A stretch of 38,398 nt of DNA from Candidatus Limnocylindrales bacterium. GTDB lineage: Bacteria; Chloroflexota; Limnocylindria; Limnocylindrales; CSP1-4. A model generated the notes under the pieces. The model did no database searches. It had not been told where the DNA came from and saw only the letters and a program-made list of their open reading frames with translations. This document shows, piece after piece, positions 25,512 through 34,829 of this stretch (positions are counted from its first letter, which is position 1; every line of letters starts with the position of its first letter). The translations under genes and the position numbers were made by a program. The DNA is taken from NCBI GenBank assembly GCA_036391495.1, contig DASVZT010000063.1, forward strand, positions 1 to 38,398. The letters run 5' to 3'.

Positions 25512-27305
25512 ATGACGTCAGTGAGCCGCGAGACTCCGTCGCTGTTCTTGAGGAACGCGACGGGTCTGGTCAAGGGCTGGTCCGGCTTCGACGCGTTCGT
25601 CTACTCGTTCATGTCGGTGAACCTGGTCACGCTGGGCATGTTCTACAGCCTGGCCGTGTTCGCCTTCGTCCCGGACGGATCGCCCGTGATGGCGATCGTC
25701 ATCTCGGCCATCGCCGTGACGTTCCTGGCGATCGCCTACGCCGGCCTGATCGCCGTCATGCCGCGGGCCGGCGGCGACTACGTCTGGCAGAGCCGGGTGC
25801 TCGACGGTCTGGCCGGGATCGTCACCGGGGCCGTCGTCGGCGGCGTGACCGGGCTCGTCGTCGGCATGGTCACCCTGGGCGGGGCAGCCGGACCCGTGAT
25901 CCTCGGGATCGTCGGGGCTGTCGTCGGCGGAGCGATCGGCCGGCTGCGCGGCGGCATCGGGTTCGTCCTCGCCGCGACCGGCTGGTGGTTCATCCTCGCC
26001 CAGTGGGCGCCGATCTACGGGTCGATCCTGAAGATCGAGTTCCTGCAGCCGCTGGCGGCGCTCGCAGGCTGGTCCGCGGGCGTCGACTTCTTCAACTCGG
26101 CCAACGGCGGCTTCGCGGCGTCGCTCATCGTCATCGTCCTGACGACGTTGCTCGTCTCGCTCGGGATGGCCGGATATGCGCGCGTCCAGCGCTGGAGCCT
26201 CTGGTTCGGGCTCGCCGGCCTGGTCGTCATGTTCATCCTGTTGATCGTCTTCAGCCAGGCCGACTTCCAGAATGCGTTCGACAAGGCGTCGAGCGACCTG
26301 TTCGGAGTCGGGGGTGCCTACGCGAAGACTGTCGCCCAGGCGGCGAGCAACAAGGACGTCGGTTACTCCGGGAGCCTCGATCCGCTCGCCATCGGCGGTG
26401 GGACCTGGCTGCTGATCCCGTTCATGATGTTCTGGATCCTCTACCCGAACTGGGGCTCGACCCTCTACGGTGAGGTCCGGGGTTCGGGCGACTTCCGCAA
26501 GGTCCTGCGCGGCATGCTGGGCGGCATCTGGGTGACGGCGGCTCTCGCGGTCGTCTTCGTCCTGCTCGCGGCGAAGACCTTCGGCTGGACGTTCTTCAAC
26601 GCCGCCAACGTCAACTACATCGACTACTCGTACGGCTACACCCAGACGGCGCCGATCATCCCCATCTGGACCTACCCGCCGCTCATCGCCTCGTTCCTGA
26701 TCGACAACCGCCTCTTCCAGATGGCCTTCGTCGTCGTCTTCGGGGCCTGGTTCCTGGGCTGGTCGGGGACCCTGTTCCTGTCGTCGACGCGGATGATCTT
26801 CGCCGCCGCGTTCGACCGCGTCCTCCCGGAAGCGGCCGCTCGCGTGTCGGAGCGCCGGGCCGTGCCATGGGTGGCGCTGCTGCTGATCATGGTGCCGTCG
26901 GTCGTCGTCGCCTGGCTGTACGCCTACCAGAGCGGCTTCTATCCGCTCACGCTCGACGCGTCACTGGTCATCGCCGTGACCTTCTTCGGAACCGCGATCG
27001 CGGCGACCATCCTGCCGTACTGGAAGAAGGACCTGTACGAGAAGTCCCCGATCGCGAGGCAGAAGGTCGCCGGGATCCCCCTGATCACGATCGGCGGAGC
27101 GGTGACCGTCCTGGTCCTCGGCTGGACCATCTACGAGTGGCTGTCGAACTCGCTGTACGGCATCGGGGTCGGCAACGCACTCTCGATCGAGTACCTCGCC
27201 GTGCTCTACGGCGCAGGGGTCGTCATCTACGTGGCTGCCTATCTCTACCGGCGGTCGCAAGGGGTCGACCTCGGCAAGATCCACCAGGAGATCCCGTCGG
27301 AGTAA
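25512..27305 (+). CDS. APC-superfamily amino acid/amine permease
   Basis: ATG at 25512 preceded by GGAGGAGGAG. About 12 or more hydrophobic helices. MPRAGGDYVW is the typical APC motif. Confidence 0.75.
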   Translation: MTSVSRETPSLFLRNATGLVKGWSGFDAFVYSFMSVNLVTLGMFYSLAVFAFVPDGSPVMAIVISAIAVTFLAIAYAGLIAVMPRAGGDYVWQSRVLDGLAGIVTGAVVGGVTGLVVGMVTLGGAAGPVILGIVGAVVGGAIGRLRGGIGFVLAATGWWFILAQWAPIYGSILKIEFLQPLAALAGWSAGVDFFNSANGGFAASLIVIVLTTLLVSLGMAGYARVQRWSLWFGLAGLVVMFILLIVFSQADFQNAFDKASSDLFGVGGAYAKTVAQAASNKDVGYSGSLDPLAIGGGTWLLIPFMMFWILYPNWGSTLYGEVRGSGDFRKVLRGMLGGIWVTAALAVVFVLLAAKTFGWTFFNAANVNYIDYSYGYTQTAPIIPIWTYPPLIASFLIDNRLFQMAFVVVFGAWFLGWSGTLFLSSTRMIFAAAFDRVLPEAAARVSERRAVPWVALLLIMVPSVVVAWLYAYQSGFYPLTLDASLVIAVTFFGTAIAATILPYWKKDLYEKSPIARQKVAGIPLITIGGAVTVLVLGWTIYEWLSNSLYGIGVGNALSIEYLAVLYGAGVVIYVAAYLYRRSQGVDLGKIHQEIPSE

Positions 27306-27338
27306 GCCCCTTGCCCACTCCAGTGGGCCCGTGGGGGT

Positions 27339-27364
27339 GCGAGGCGGCCGAGAGGCCGCCTCGC
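27339..27364. terminator. Strong GC hairpin (11-bp stem, GAGA loop) between convergent genes
   Basis: gcgaggcggcc-gaga-ggccgcctcgc, preceded by a second hairpin gcccact-cc-agtgggc (27313-27328). There is no U-tract, so the terminator function is inferred. Confidence 0.5.
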
Positions 27365-27379
27365 CGATTCCGCCCGGGC

Positions 27380-27418
27380 GGGCCGAGCCGTCGGGCCGAG
27401 CCGTCGGGCCGGGCCGGA
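27380..27418. repeat. 13-bp tandem repeat (gggccgagccgtc), about 3 copies, intergenic
   Basis: Copies at 27380, 27393 and 27406. Confidence 0.8.
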
Positions 27419-27427
27419 CGGGCAGGC

Positions 27428-28237
27428 TCAGCGGGCCACCGTCGTCAGGCCGGGATCGCCCTCCCGCGCGGGCTGACCGTCGCGCATCGCCGAGGCACGC
27501 AAGCGGGCCGAGACGCGGGCGGCCGAGGCGACGATCTCCGCCTCGATGACCTCCTCGGCGCCCGCCGCCGGGAAGCGGTACGTCGGCCCGTGGACGTGCA
27601 CGGCCGCCACCATCTCGCCGTGGGCGTCGGCGACCGGCGCCGCGATCGAGTTGATGCCCTCGGCGTACTCTCCGATCCCCCACGCGAAGCCGTCCCGGGT
27701 GGCGGCGGCGACACGCTCCCGGAGGACCGCGGCGGTCGTGACCGTGCGCGAGGTGAACCGCTCGAGCGGCCGCTCGAGATAGCGCGCGACGGCCGCATCG
27801 GGGAGCGACGCGAGCAGGACGATCCCCGACGGCACCGCGTGGAGCGGCGCCCGCGTCCCCGTCCAGTCGCGGACCCTGACCGGGTTCGGCGTCTCGACCT
27901 GGTCGACGTAGTGGACGCTCGTCCCGTCCAGGATCGACAGCCCCGTGGCCTCGCCGCAGCGTCGGGCGAGGTCGACGAGCTCCGGGTGGGCCAGCGCGAC
28001 GATGTTGCGCGTCGGCAGGACCGAGGCCGCGAGCGTGGCCAGCCGGGCGCCGATGCGGTAGTCCGTGCCGGCGGCGATCTGCTCGACCGCCCCCTCGCCC
28101 GCGAGCGTCGCGAGCAGGCGCGCGACCGTGCTCTTCGGCAGCCCGACGCGATCGGCGATCTCCGTCACGCCGAGCGGACCCTCACCGAGAGCCGAAAGCA
28201 CGGCGAAGGCTCGCTCGATGCTCTGGACTCTCGACAT
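27428..28237 (-). CDS. IclR-family transcriptional regulator
   Basis: N-terminal wHTH (SIERAFAVLSAL...LGVTEIADRVGLPKSTVARLL) and a C-terminal IclR effector domain. ATG 28237 has GGAGG 5 nt upstream. Confidence 0.85.
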   Translation of the reverse strand: MSRVQSIERAFAVLSALGEGPLGVTEIADRVGLPKSTVARLLATLAGEGAVEQIAAGTDYRIGARLATLAASVLPTRNIVALAHPELVDLARRCGEATGLSILDGTSVHYVDQVETPNPVRVRDWTGTRAPLHAVPSGIVLLASLPDAAVARYLERPLERFTSRTVTTAAVLRERVAAATRDGFAWGIGEYAEGINSIAAPVADAHGEMVAAVHVHGPTYRFPAAGAEEVIEAEIVASAARVSARLRASAMRDGQPAREGDPGLTTVAR

Positions 28238-28261
28238 CGCCACCTCCGATCCGGTAATGTG

Positions 28262-28295
28262 GTTCCATCATACGGCACCGTTCCATATCGTGGAA
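28262..28295. promoter_or_regulatory. Candidate operator: GTTCCAT direct repeat plus the inverted repeat TTCCA-N5-TGGAA
   Basis: gttccat at 28262 and 28280; ttccatatcgtggaa at 28281-28295. Lies in the AT-richer divergent region between iclR and the corrinoid operon. Confidence 0.4.
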
Positions 28296-28351
28296 TAGAG
28301 GACCGAACGGCGACCGTGCGGGACGAACACGACAGGGAGCAGACCGGGGAC

Positions 28352-29050
28352 ATGGCAGACGAGACGAACGAGCTCGACCTGAACGCCCTCTCCGACGACG
28401 AGCTCGTCGAGCAGATGCACAACGACCTCTACGACGGCATGGCGGCCGAGGTCGCCGAGGGCACCAACATCCTGCTCGCGCGCGGCTGGACGGCAAGCCA
28501 GGTCCTCGAGGACGCGCTCGTGGCGGGCATGAAGATCGTCGGCATCGACTTCCGCGACGGGATCCTCTTCGTCCCCGAGGTCCTGCTCGCGGCCAACGCC
28601 ATGAAGGCGGGCATGGCGATCCTGCGGCCGCTGCTCGCGGAGACCGGCGCCGAGCCGATCGGGAAGGTCGTCATCGGCACCGTCAAGGGCGACATCCACG
28701 ACATCGGCAAGAACCTCGTCGGCATGATGCTCGAGGGGGCCGGGTTCGAGGTCATCGACCTCGGCATCAACACCGACGCCGACAAGTTCATCGCCGCGCT
28801 GGAGGCCCACAAGCCCGACATCCTCGGCATGTCCGCGCTGCTCACCACGACCATGCCGTACATGAAGGTCGTCATCGAGACGCTGAAGGAACGCGGCATG
28901 CGCGACGACTTCATCGTCCTCGTCGGCGGCGCGCCGCTCAACGAGGAGTTCGGCCGGGCCGTCGGGGCCGACGCGTACTGCCGTGATGCCGGCGTGGCCG
29001 CCGAGACGGCCCGGGCGCTCATCGAGAGGCGGCGTGCCAGCGTCGCCTAG
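28352..29050 (+). CDS. Cobalamin-binding corrinoid protein (methyltransferase cognate, MtgC/MttC-like)
   Basis: ATG at 28352. N-terminal helical cap domain. B12-binding DxHxxG (GDIHDIGKN), SALLTTT and VLVGGAP motifs. Confidence 0.85.
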   Translation: MADETNELDLNALSDDELVEQMHNDLYDGMAAEVAEGTNILLARGWTASQVLEDALVAGMKIVGIDFRDGILFVPEVLLAANAMKAGMAILRPLLAETGAEPIGKVVIGTVKGDIHDIGKNLVGMMLEGAGFEVIDLGINTDADKFIAALEAHKPDILGMSALLTTTMPYMKVVIETLKERGMRDDFIVLVGGAPLNEEFGRAVGADAYCRDAGVAAETARALIERRRASVA

Positions 29051-29750
29051 CGTCGCCGCGATGGCCGCGGACGCTGCCGCTCTTCCGAACGCTCCCCGGC
29101 CGACCGGCGAGCGCGTCCTCGTCGTGGCCTGCGGCGCCCTCGCGCGAGAGATCCTCGGCGTCCTCGAGCGGGCCGGTCTCGACCACGTCGACGTCGCCTG
29201 CCTCTCGGCGCAGCTCCACATGCGTCCGGGACGCATCGCCGACGCCGTGGCGGCCAAGATCCGCGAGCGCCGCGACGGCTATGACCGCGTCTTCGTCGCG
29301 TATGCCGACTGCGGGACCGGCGGCGCCCTCGACCGCGTCCTGGCCGAGCCGGACCTGGCCGGCATCGAGCGCCTTCCCGGCGCCCATTGCTACGAGCTGT
29401 ACGCGGGCGCGAAGGCGTTCGAGCAGCTGGCCGACGAGGAGCCGGGCACCTTCTACCTGACCGACTTCCTGACCCGCTCATTCGACGCTCTCGTCATCAA
29501 GGGCCTGGGTCTCGACCGCCACCCGGAGCTCCTCGAGCTCTACTTCGGGAACTACCGGCGGCTGGTGTACCTGGCGCAGTCGGACGATCCGGCGCTGGTC
29601 GACGAGGCCAGGGCGGCCGCCGAGCGGCTCGGGCTCGAGTTCGAGCTGCGGCGCACGGGCTACGGCGAGCTCGAGCCGTTCCTCCTGGCCGGCACGAGCG
29701 GCGGCACGAGCGCCGCCACGACCACGGGCTTCCAGGCGGGAGCGGCCTGA
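29034..29750 (+). CDS. DUF1638-family protein
   Basis: RVLVVACGALAREI, VFVAYADCGTGGALD, GAHCYELY and FYLTDFL match my recollection of DUF1638. GTG 29034 has GAGAGG upstream; ATG 29061 is an alternative start. The stop shares 1 nt with the next start. Confidence 0.65.
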   Translation: MPASPSVAAMAADAAALPNAPRPTGERVLVVACGALAREILGVLERAGLDHVDVACLSAQLHMRPGRIADAVAAKIRERRDGYDRVFVAYADCGTGGALDRVLAEPDLAGIERLPGAHCYELYAGAKAFEQLADEEPGTFYLTDFLTRSFDALVIKGLGLDRHPELLELYFGNYRRLVYLAQSDDPALVDEARAAAERLGLEFELRRTGYGELEPFLLAGTSGGTSAATTTGFQAGAA

Positions 29751-30097
29751 TGCCCCCGGTCCTGACCGTCATCTACTGGCGCGACATCCCCGCCCAGGTC
29801 GTCGCGAAGGACGGCCGCCGCTCGAGCAAGATCGTCCTCCATCCGCGCTTCCAGGTCGCCATCGACCGGGCCGCCGTCAAGGCCGGCCGGCGCGAGATGG
29901 ACGCCTACATCGCCGAGTGGCGCAAAGAGCAGCGCCCGTGCGACGACGATCTGGAGACAGTCGCGCACGGCGAGGCCGACCGCCTCGAGGCCCAGTACAC
30001 GAGGGACGTCCTCGCCCGTCTCGTCGAGAGCGGTGGAGTGGACGAGCTGGCCCAGGATCCCACCTCATCCCCCGCCATCGAGGAGCCTGCACCGTGA
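29750..30097 (+). CDS. Small 'virulence factor'-annotated family protein (Virulence_fact-like)
   Basis: MPPVLTVIYWRDIPAQVVAKDGRR...AIDRAAVKAGRREMDAYIAEWRK matches the YWRDIPAQV-type family seen next to corrinoid methyltransferases (from memory; needs HMM confirmation). Confidence 0.55.
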   Translation: MPPVLTVIYWRDIPAQVVAKDGRRSSKIVLHPRFQVAIDRAAVKAGRREMDAYIAEWRKEQRPCDDDLETVAHGEADRLEAQYTRDVLARLVESGGVDELAQDPTSSPAIEEPAP

Positions 30098-31011
30098 CCG
30101 CGCCGCGCACCGTCATCGCCTCGCCCCGGAAGGAAGTCGTCATCGGCGGCGGGAACCGCTTCGTCGTCATCGGCGAGCGGATCAATCCGACCGGCCGCAA
30201 GCTCCTCGCCGAGGAGATGAAGAACGGCGACTTCAGCCGCGTCGAGACCGACGCGGTCGCCCAGGTCGCCGCCGGGGCCCACATGCTCGACGTCAACGCC
30301 GGCATCCCGCTCGCCGACGAGCCGGGCATCCTGGCCAGGACCGTCCAGCTCGTCCAGTCGCTCGTCGACGTCCCGCTCTCGATCGACAGCTCGATCGTCG
30401 ACGCCCTGGAGGCGGGACTCGCCGTCTACAAGGGCAAGGCGCTCGTCAACTCGGTCACCGGCGAGGAGGAGCGCCTCGAGCGCGTCCTGCCGCTCGTCCG
30501 GAAGTACGGCGCGGCCGTCGTGGCGATCAGCAACGACGACACCGGGATCTCGACCGATCCGGACGTCCGCTTCGCCGTCGCGAAGAAGATCGTCGAGCGG
30601 GCGGCCGACCACGGCATCCCGCGCGAGGACATCGTCGTCGACCCGCTCGTCATGCCGATCGGAGCGATGGCCACGGCCGGGCAGCAGGTCTTCCGCCTGC
30701 TCCGGCGCCTCCACGACGAGCTCCACGTCAACACGACCTGCGGCGCGTCGAACGTCAGCTTCGGCCTGCCGAACCGCGAAGGGATCAACGCGTCGTTCCT
30801 GGCGATGGCGATCTCGAACGGCCTCACGAGCGCGATCACGAACCCGCTGCTCGAGGAGGTGAAGCACGCCATCATGGCCGCCGACGTGCTGATGGGTCAC
30901 GACCAGGACGCCGCGACGTGGATCCGCGCTTTCCGACAGGCGCCCGTGGACGAGTCGCGCGGCCGGCGCGTCAACCGGCGCACCCTCGCCGGCGCCGGGG
31001 CGCAGGGCTAG
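30094..31011 (+). CDS. Methyltetrahydrofolate:corrinoid methyltransferase (pterin-binding, MtgA/AcsE/MetH-domain-like)
   Basis: GTG 30094 overlaps the upstream TGA (GTGA), with GAGGAG upstream. VIGERINPTGRK, MLDVN, SIDSS, VNSV and CGASNVSFGLP are pterin-binding TIM-barrel motifs. Confidence 0.85.
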   Translation: MTAPRTVIASPRKEVVIGGGNRFVVIGERINPTGRKLLAEEMKNGDFSRVETDAVAQVAAGAHMLDVNAGIPLADEPGILARTVQLVQSLVDVPLSIDSSIVDALEAGLAVYKGKALVNSVTGEEERLERVLPLVRKYGAAVVAISNDDTGISTDPDVRFAVAKKIVERAADHGIPREDIVVDPLVMPIGAMATAGQQVFRLLRRLHDELHVNTTCGASNVSFGLPNREGINASFLAMAISNGLTSAITNPLLEEVKHAIMAADVLMGHDQDAATWIRAFRQAPVDESRGRRVNRRTLAGAGAQG

Positions 31012-31033
31012 CGGACCCGGAGCGGAGAGCGAC

Positions 31034-33229
31034 GTGGCGCCGACGGGCGAGCCGCTCGTCATCTTCACGCCGTCGGGACGGCGCGCCCGCGTCCCCCTCG
31101 GCACGAACCTGCTCGACACCGCGCGCGGGCTGGGAGTCGACATCGACTCGGTCTGCGGCGGCCGGGGCATCTGCGGTCGCTGCCAGGTCCGCCAGAGCAT
31201 CGGGACGTTCGCCAAGCACGGCATCACGTCGAGCGCCGACCACCTGGCCGAGCCGGGCGAGGCCGAGGAGCGCTACCGCGCCGAGAAGGGCCTCGCGCCC
31301 GATCGCCGCCTGTCGTGCCTGACCAGCGTCTGCGGCGACGTCGTCATCGACGTCCCGCCCGAGAGCCAGGTCCACCGCCAGGTCGTCCGCAAGGGCATCG
31401 ACGTGCGGACGTTCAAGATCGATCCGGTCGTGAGTCTCCATTACGTCGAGGTCGAGCGGCCGACGCTCGCCTCGCCGAGCGGCGACCTCGCCCGGCTCCT
31501 CGCGGCGCTCGAGCGGGAGTGGGAGGTCCACGAGGCCGTCGCGGACCTCGCGGTCGTCCGCGCCCTCCAGCCCGCGCTCGAGAAGGGCGGCTACGCGGTC
31601 ACCGTCGCGCTGCATGAGCGCAGGGAGGTCATCGCGATCTGGCCGGGCTTCCGCGACAAGGCGTACGGCGTCGCGATCGACGTCGGATCGACGACGATCG
31701 CGGGCCACCTCGCCGACCTCGCCGACGGCCGCGTCCTCGCCTCGAACGGCGTCATGAACCCGCAGATCCGCTTCGGCGAGGACCTCATGAGCCGCGTCTC
31801 GTACGCGATGATGCATCCGGACGGAGCGGCCGAGATGACCCGGGCGGTTCGCGGCGCGCTCGACGGGCTCGTCTCGGGTCTCGCGGCGGCGGCCGGCATC
31901 CCGATCGACGCCGTCCTCGCGCTGACGATCGTCGGGAACCCGATCATGCATCACCTCGTGCTCGGCATCGACCCGATCCCGCTCGGCTCGGCACCGTTCG
32001 CCCTGGCCACCGATCGAGCCGTCGCGACGACCGCGCACGAGCTCGAGATCAGCGCCAACGCCGGCGCCCGCGTCTACGTCCTGCCCTGCATCGCCGGACA
32101 CGTCGGGGCCGACACGGCCGGCGTCATCCTCGCCGAGGAGCCGCAGCGCGCGACGCGGATGGAGCTGGTCGTCGACGTCGGGACGAACGCCGAGATCGTC
32201 CTCGGCAACCGCGACGGCCTGCTCGCGGCCTCCTCGCCGACGGGCCCCGCCTTCGAGGGGGCGCAGATCTCGGCGGGCCAGCGCGCCGCCCCGGGAGCGA
32301 TCGAGCGCGTCCGGATCGACCGCCAGACGCTCGAGCCGCGCTTCCGCGTCATCGGCGTCGACGCCTGGTCGGACGACCCGGCGTTCGCCCGGCGTGTCCG
32401 GAAGACAGGCGTCACGGGTATCTGCGGCTCGGGCATCGTCGAGGTCATCGCCGAGCTCTACCTGGCCGGCGTCATCACGCCCGACGGCATCGTCGACGGC
32501 TCGCTCGCGGAGCGGACGTGCCGCATCGTTCCCGACGGCAGGACGTTCAGCTACGTCCTCTACGACCCGGCCGAGCACGCGACCCCGAGCTCGAACGGCC
32601 GGGCGGCGGGCCCGGATGGCCAGGAGCCGGGCCCCGACGTGCACGCGTCGCCGGAGCCGACGGCGCGCATCCTCGTCACCCAGAACGACGTGCGCGCCGT
32701 CCAGCTGGCCAAGGCCGCCCTCTACGCCGGGACGCGGCTGCTCATGGACCACGCCGGCATCGACCACGTCGACGACGTCCGCCTCGCCGGCGCGTTCGGC
32801 AGCCAGATCGACCCGTTCCACGCGCTCGTGCTCGGACTCGTCCCCGACTGCGACCTCGATCACGTCAAGCCGGCCGGCAACGCGGCCGGGACGGGTGCCC
32901 TCATCGCCCTGCTGTCGAAGAAGGCACGGAACGAGATCGAGGCCGTCGTCCGGTCGGTCGAGAAGGTCGAGACGGCCGTCGAGCCCCGCTTCCAGGAGCA
33001 TTTCGTGGATGCGATGGCCTTCCCCCATCGCATCGCGCCCTATCCGAACCTCGAGCGCATCGTCACGCTGCCACGGGCCGCGCGCCCGGGCGAGGGACAG
33101 CCGGGCCGCGCGCGCCGGACCAACCGCAGGAACATGGCCGCCGGCGAGGCGGCGCGGGCCGCCCAGGGCGCGGCGCAGGCAGCCGTCGAGGCGACAGAGA
33201 CCGCCGTCGCGGCGAAGGAGGATCGATGA
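31034..33229 (+). CDS. RamA-like reductive activator of corrinoid enzymes (2Fe-2S ferredoxin domain plus ASKHA ATPase domain)
   Basis: N-terminal CGGRGICGRCQV...LSC ferredoxin motif. Central GVAIDVGSTTIAGHL and LVVDVGTNAEIVLG ASKHA phosphate motifs. GTG 31034 with GGAGAG upstream. Confidence 0.8.
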   Translation: MAPTGEPLVIFTPSGRRARVPLGTNLLDTARGLGVDIDSVCGGRGICGRCQVRQSIGTFAKHGITSSADHLAEPGEAEERYRAEKGLAPDRRLSCLTSVCGDVVIDVPPESQVHRQVVRKGIDVRTFKIDPVVSLHYVEVERPTLASPSGDLARLLAALEREWEVHEAVADLAVVRALQPALEKGGYAVTVALHERREVIAIWPGFRDKAYGVAIDVGSTTIAGHLADLADGRVLASNGVMNPQIRFGEDLMSRVSYAMMHPDGAAEMTRAVRGALDGLVSGLAAAAGIPIDAVLALTIVGNPIMHHLVLGIDPIPLGSAPFALATDRAVATTAHELEISANAGARVYVLPCIAGHVGADTAGVILAEEPQRATRMELVVDVGTNAEIVLGNRDGLLAASSPTGPAFEGAQISAGQRAAPGAIERVRIDRQTLEPRFRVIGVDAWSDDPAFARRVRKTGVTGICGSGIVEVIAELYLAGVITPDGIVDGSLAERTCRIVPDGRTFSYVLYDPAEHATPSSNGRAAGPDGQEPGPDVHASPEPTARILVTQNDVRAVQLAKAALYAGTRLLMDHAGIDHVDDVRLAGAFGSQIDPFHALVLGLVPDCDLDHVKPAGNAAGTGALIALLSKKARNEIEAVVRSVEKVETAVEPRFQEHFVDAMAFPHRIAPYPNLERIVTLPRAARPGEGQPGRARRTNRRNMAAGEAARAAQGAAQAAVEATETAVAAKEDR

Positions 33230-34767
33230 CCGAGGAGACCGTCCGCCGACGTCCGGGAGGCCGCGAGAGCCGGCGAGCGGCGCGACTCGCGTCCCACGTC
33301 GCACGCCAGCCGTTCCTGACGCGCAAGCTCGCGCCGTTCGAGATCCTCGACGAGGAGGGACTGTCGCTCCTCGAGGAGAACGCCGAGACGATCCTCGAGG
33401 AGGTCGGCGTCGAGTTCCGCGGCGACCCGGCCGCCCTCGACCTGCTGCGCAACGCGGGCGGCGACGTCGACGGCGAGCTCGTCCGCTTCCCGCGCGGCAT
33501 GTGTCGCCGGATCGTCCAGGCGACGGCGCCGCGCCAGTACACGCAGTACGCACGGAACCCCGCCAACAACGTCGAGATCGGCGGGATGAACACGGTCTTC
33601 GCGCCGAACTACGGCTCGCCCTTCGTGCGCGACCTCGACGGCGGCCGCCGTTACGGCACGATCGAGGACTTCCGCAACTTCGTGAAGCTCGTCTACATGA
33701 GCCCCCACCTCCACCACAGCGGGGGCACGATCTGCGAGCCCGTCGACGTGCCCGTCAACAAGCGGCACCTCGACATGATCTACGCCCACCTGCGCTACAC
33801 CGACAAGCCGTTCATGGGCTCGGTGACGGCCGCCGAGCGCGCCTACGACACCGTCGAGATGGCGAAGATCGTCTTCGGCGCCGACTTCGTCGACCAGAAC
33901 GCGGTCATCACGAGCCTCATCAACGCCGCGTCGCCCCTGGTGTGGGACTCCTCGATGCTCGGCGCCGCCCGCGCCTACGCGGAGAACAACCAGGCGACGC
34001 TCATCACGCCGTTCATCCTCGCCGGCGCGATGGCGCCGGTGACGTCCGCCGCCGTCTGCGCCCAGACCCTCGCCGAGGCGCTGGCAGGCATGGCGTTCGT
34101 CCAGCTCGTCCGCCCGGGCGCGCCGGTCGTCTTCGGCTCCTTCGCCAGCTCGATGTCGATGCAGACGGGCGCCCCGACGTTCGGCACGCCCGAGCCCGCC
34201 CTCGTCCTCTACGTCATGGCCGCGCTCGCCCGCCGTCTCGGCGTGCCGTTCCGCTCTGGCGGCGCGCTCTGCGCCAGCAAGCTTCCCGATGCGCAGGCGG
34301 CCTACGAGTCGGCGGCGACGATGCAGCCGACGATCCTCGCCGGCGTCAACTTCGTCCTCCACACCGCGGGCTGGCTCGAAGGGGGCCTCACGATGAGCTA
34401 CGAGAAGCTCATCCTCGACGCCGACCAGGCCGGGATGCTGGCTGTCTTCGCCCAGGGCATGGACCTCTCGGAGAACAGCCAGGGCCTCGCCGCGTTCCGC
34501 GAGGGCACGCCCGGCGTGCACTTCCTCGGCAGCGCTCATACCCTGGCCAACTTCGAGACGGCGTTCTATCGCAGCGAGACGGCCAACTACGACTCCTTCG
34601 AGCAGTGGTCCGAGGAGGGCGCCAAGGACGCCGCGACGCGGGCGAACGCGGTCTGGAAGCGGATGCTGGCCGAGTACGAGCAGCCGCCGATGGACCCCGG
34701 GATCGACGAGGCGCTGCTCGAGTTCATCGCCCGGCGCAAGGCGTCCATGCCGGACGCCCTGTCGTAG
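33226..34767 (+). CDS. MttB-superfamily methyltransferase, non-pyrrolysine type (quaternary amine / glycine betaine:corrinoid methyltransferase-like)
   Basis: ATG 33226 overlaps the upstream stop (ATGA). A 513-codon uninterrupted ORF with no in-frame TAG. LSLLEENAETILEEVGVEF, ...PLVWD..., LITPFILAGAMAPVT and FVLHTAGWLEGGL are typical of the trimethylamine methyltransferase (MttB) fold family. Confidence 0.8.
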   Translation: MTEETVRRRPGGRESRRAARLASHVARQPFLTRKLAPFEILDEEGLSLLEENAETILEEVGVEFRGDPAALDLLRNAGGDVDGELVRFPRGMCRRIVQATAPRQYTQYARNPANNVEIGGMNTVFAPNYGSPFVRDLDGGRRYGTIEDFRNFVKLVYMSPHLHHSGGTICEPVDVPVNKRHLDMIYAHLRYTDKPFMGSVTAAERAYDTVEMAKIVFGADFVDQNAVITSLINAASPLVWDSSMLGAARAYAENNQATLITPFILAGAMAPVTSAAVCAQTLAEALAGMAFVQLVRPGAPVVFGSFASSMSMQTGAPTFGTPEPALVLYVMAALARRLGVPFRSGGALCASKLPDAQAAYESAATMQPTILAGVNFVLHTAGWLEGGLTMSYEKLILDADQAGMLAVFAQGMDLSENSQGLAAFREGTPGVHFLGSAHTLANFETAFYRSETANYDSFEQWSEEGAKDAATRANAVWKRMLAEYEQPPMDPGIDEALLEFIARRKASMPDALS

Positions 34768-34781
34768 CCTAAGGTCGCGTC

Positions 34782-34811
34782 GGCCGGCGCCCGCGTCCCC
34801 GGGCGCCGGCC
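34782..34811 (+). promoter_or_regulatory. Intercistronic 12-bp GC hairpin between the mttB homolog and the MTHFR gene
   Basis: ggccggcgcccg-cgtccc-cgggcgccggcc. There is no U-tract. Followed by a C-rich stretch and the ATG at 34830. Confidence 0.4.
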
Positions 34812-34829
34812 GTCCCCTCCCCCACCCCG

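Noticed and set aside
28244-28351. A cobalamin riboswitch upstream of the corrinoid-protein operon.
   Set aside because: The leader is only about 110 nt, which is too short. I saw no B12-box-like or GCCACUG core elements.
33226-34767. Pyrrolysine (in-frame UAG) in the MttB homolog.
   Set aside because: The ORF is continuous with no internal TAG, and no pyl genes are in the window. It is therefore a non-Pyl MttB-superfamily member.
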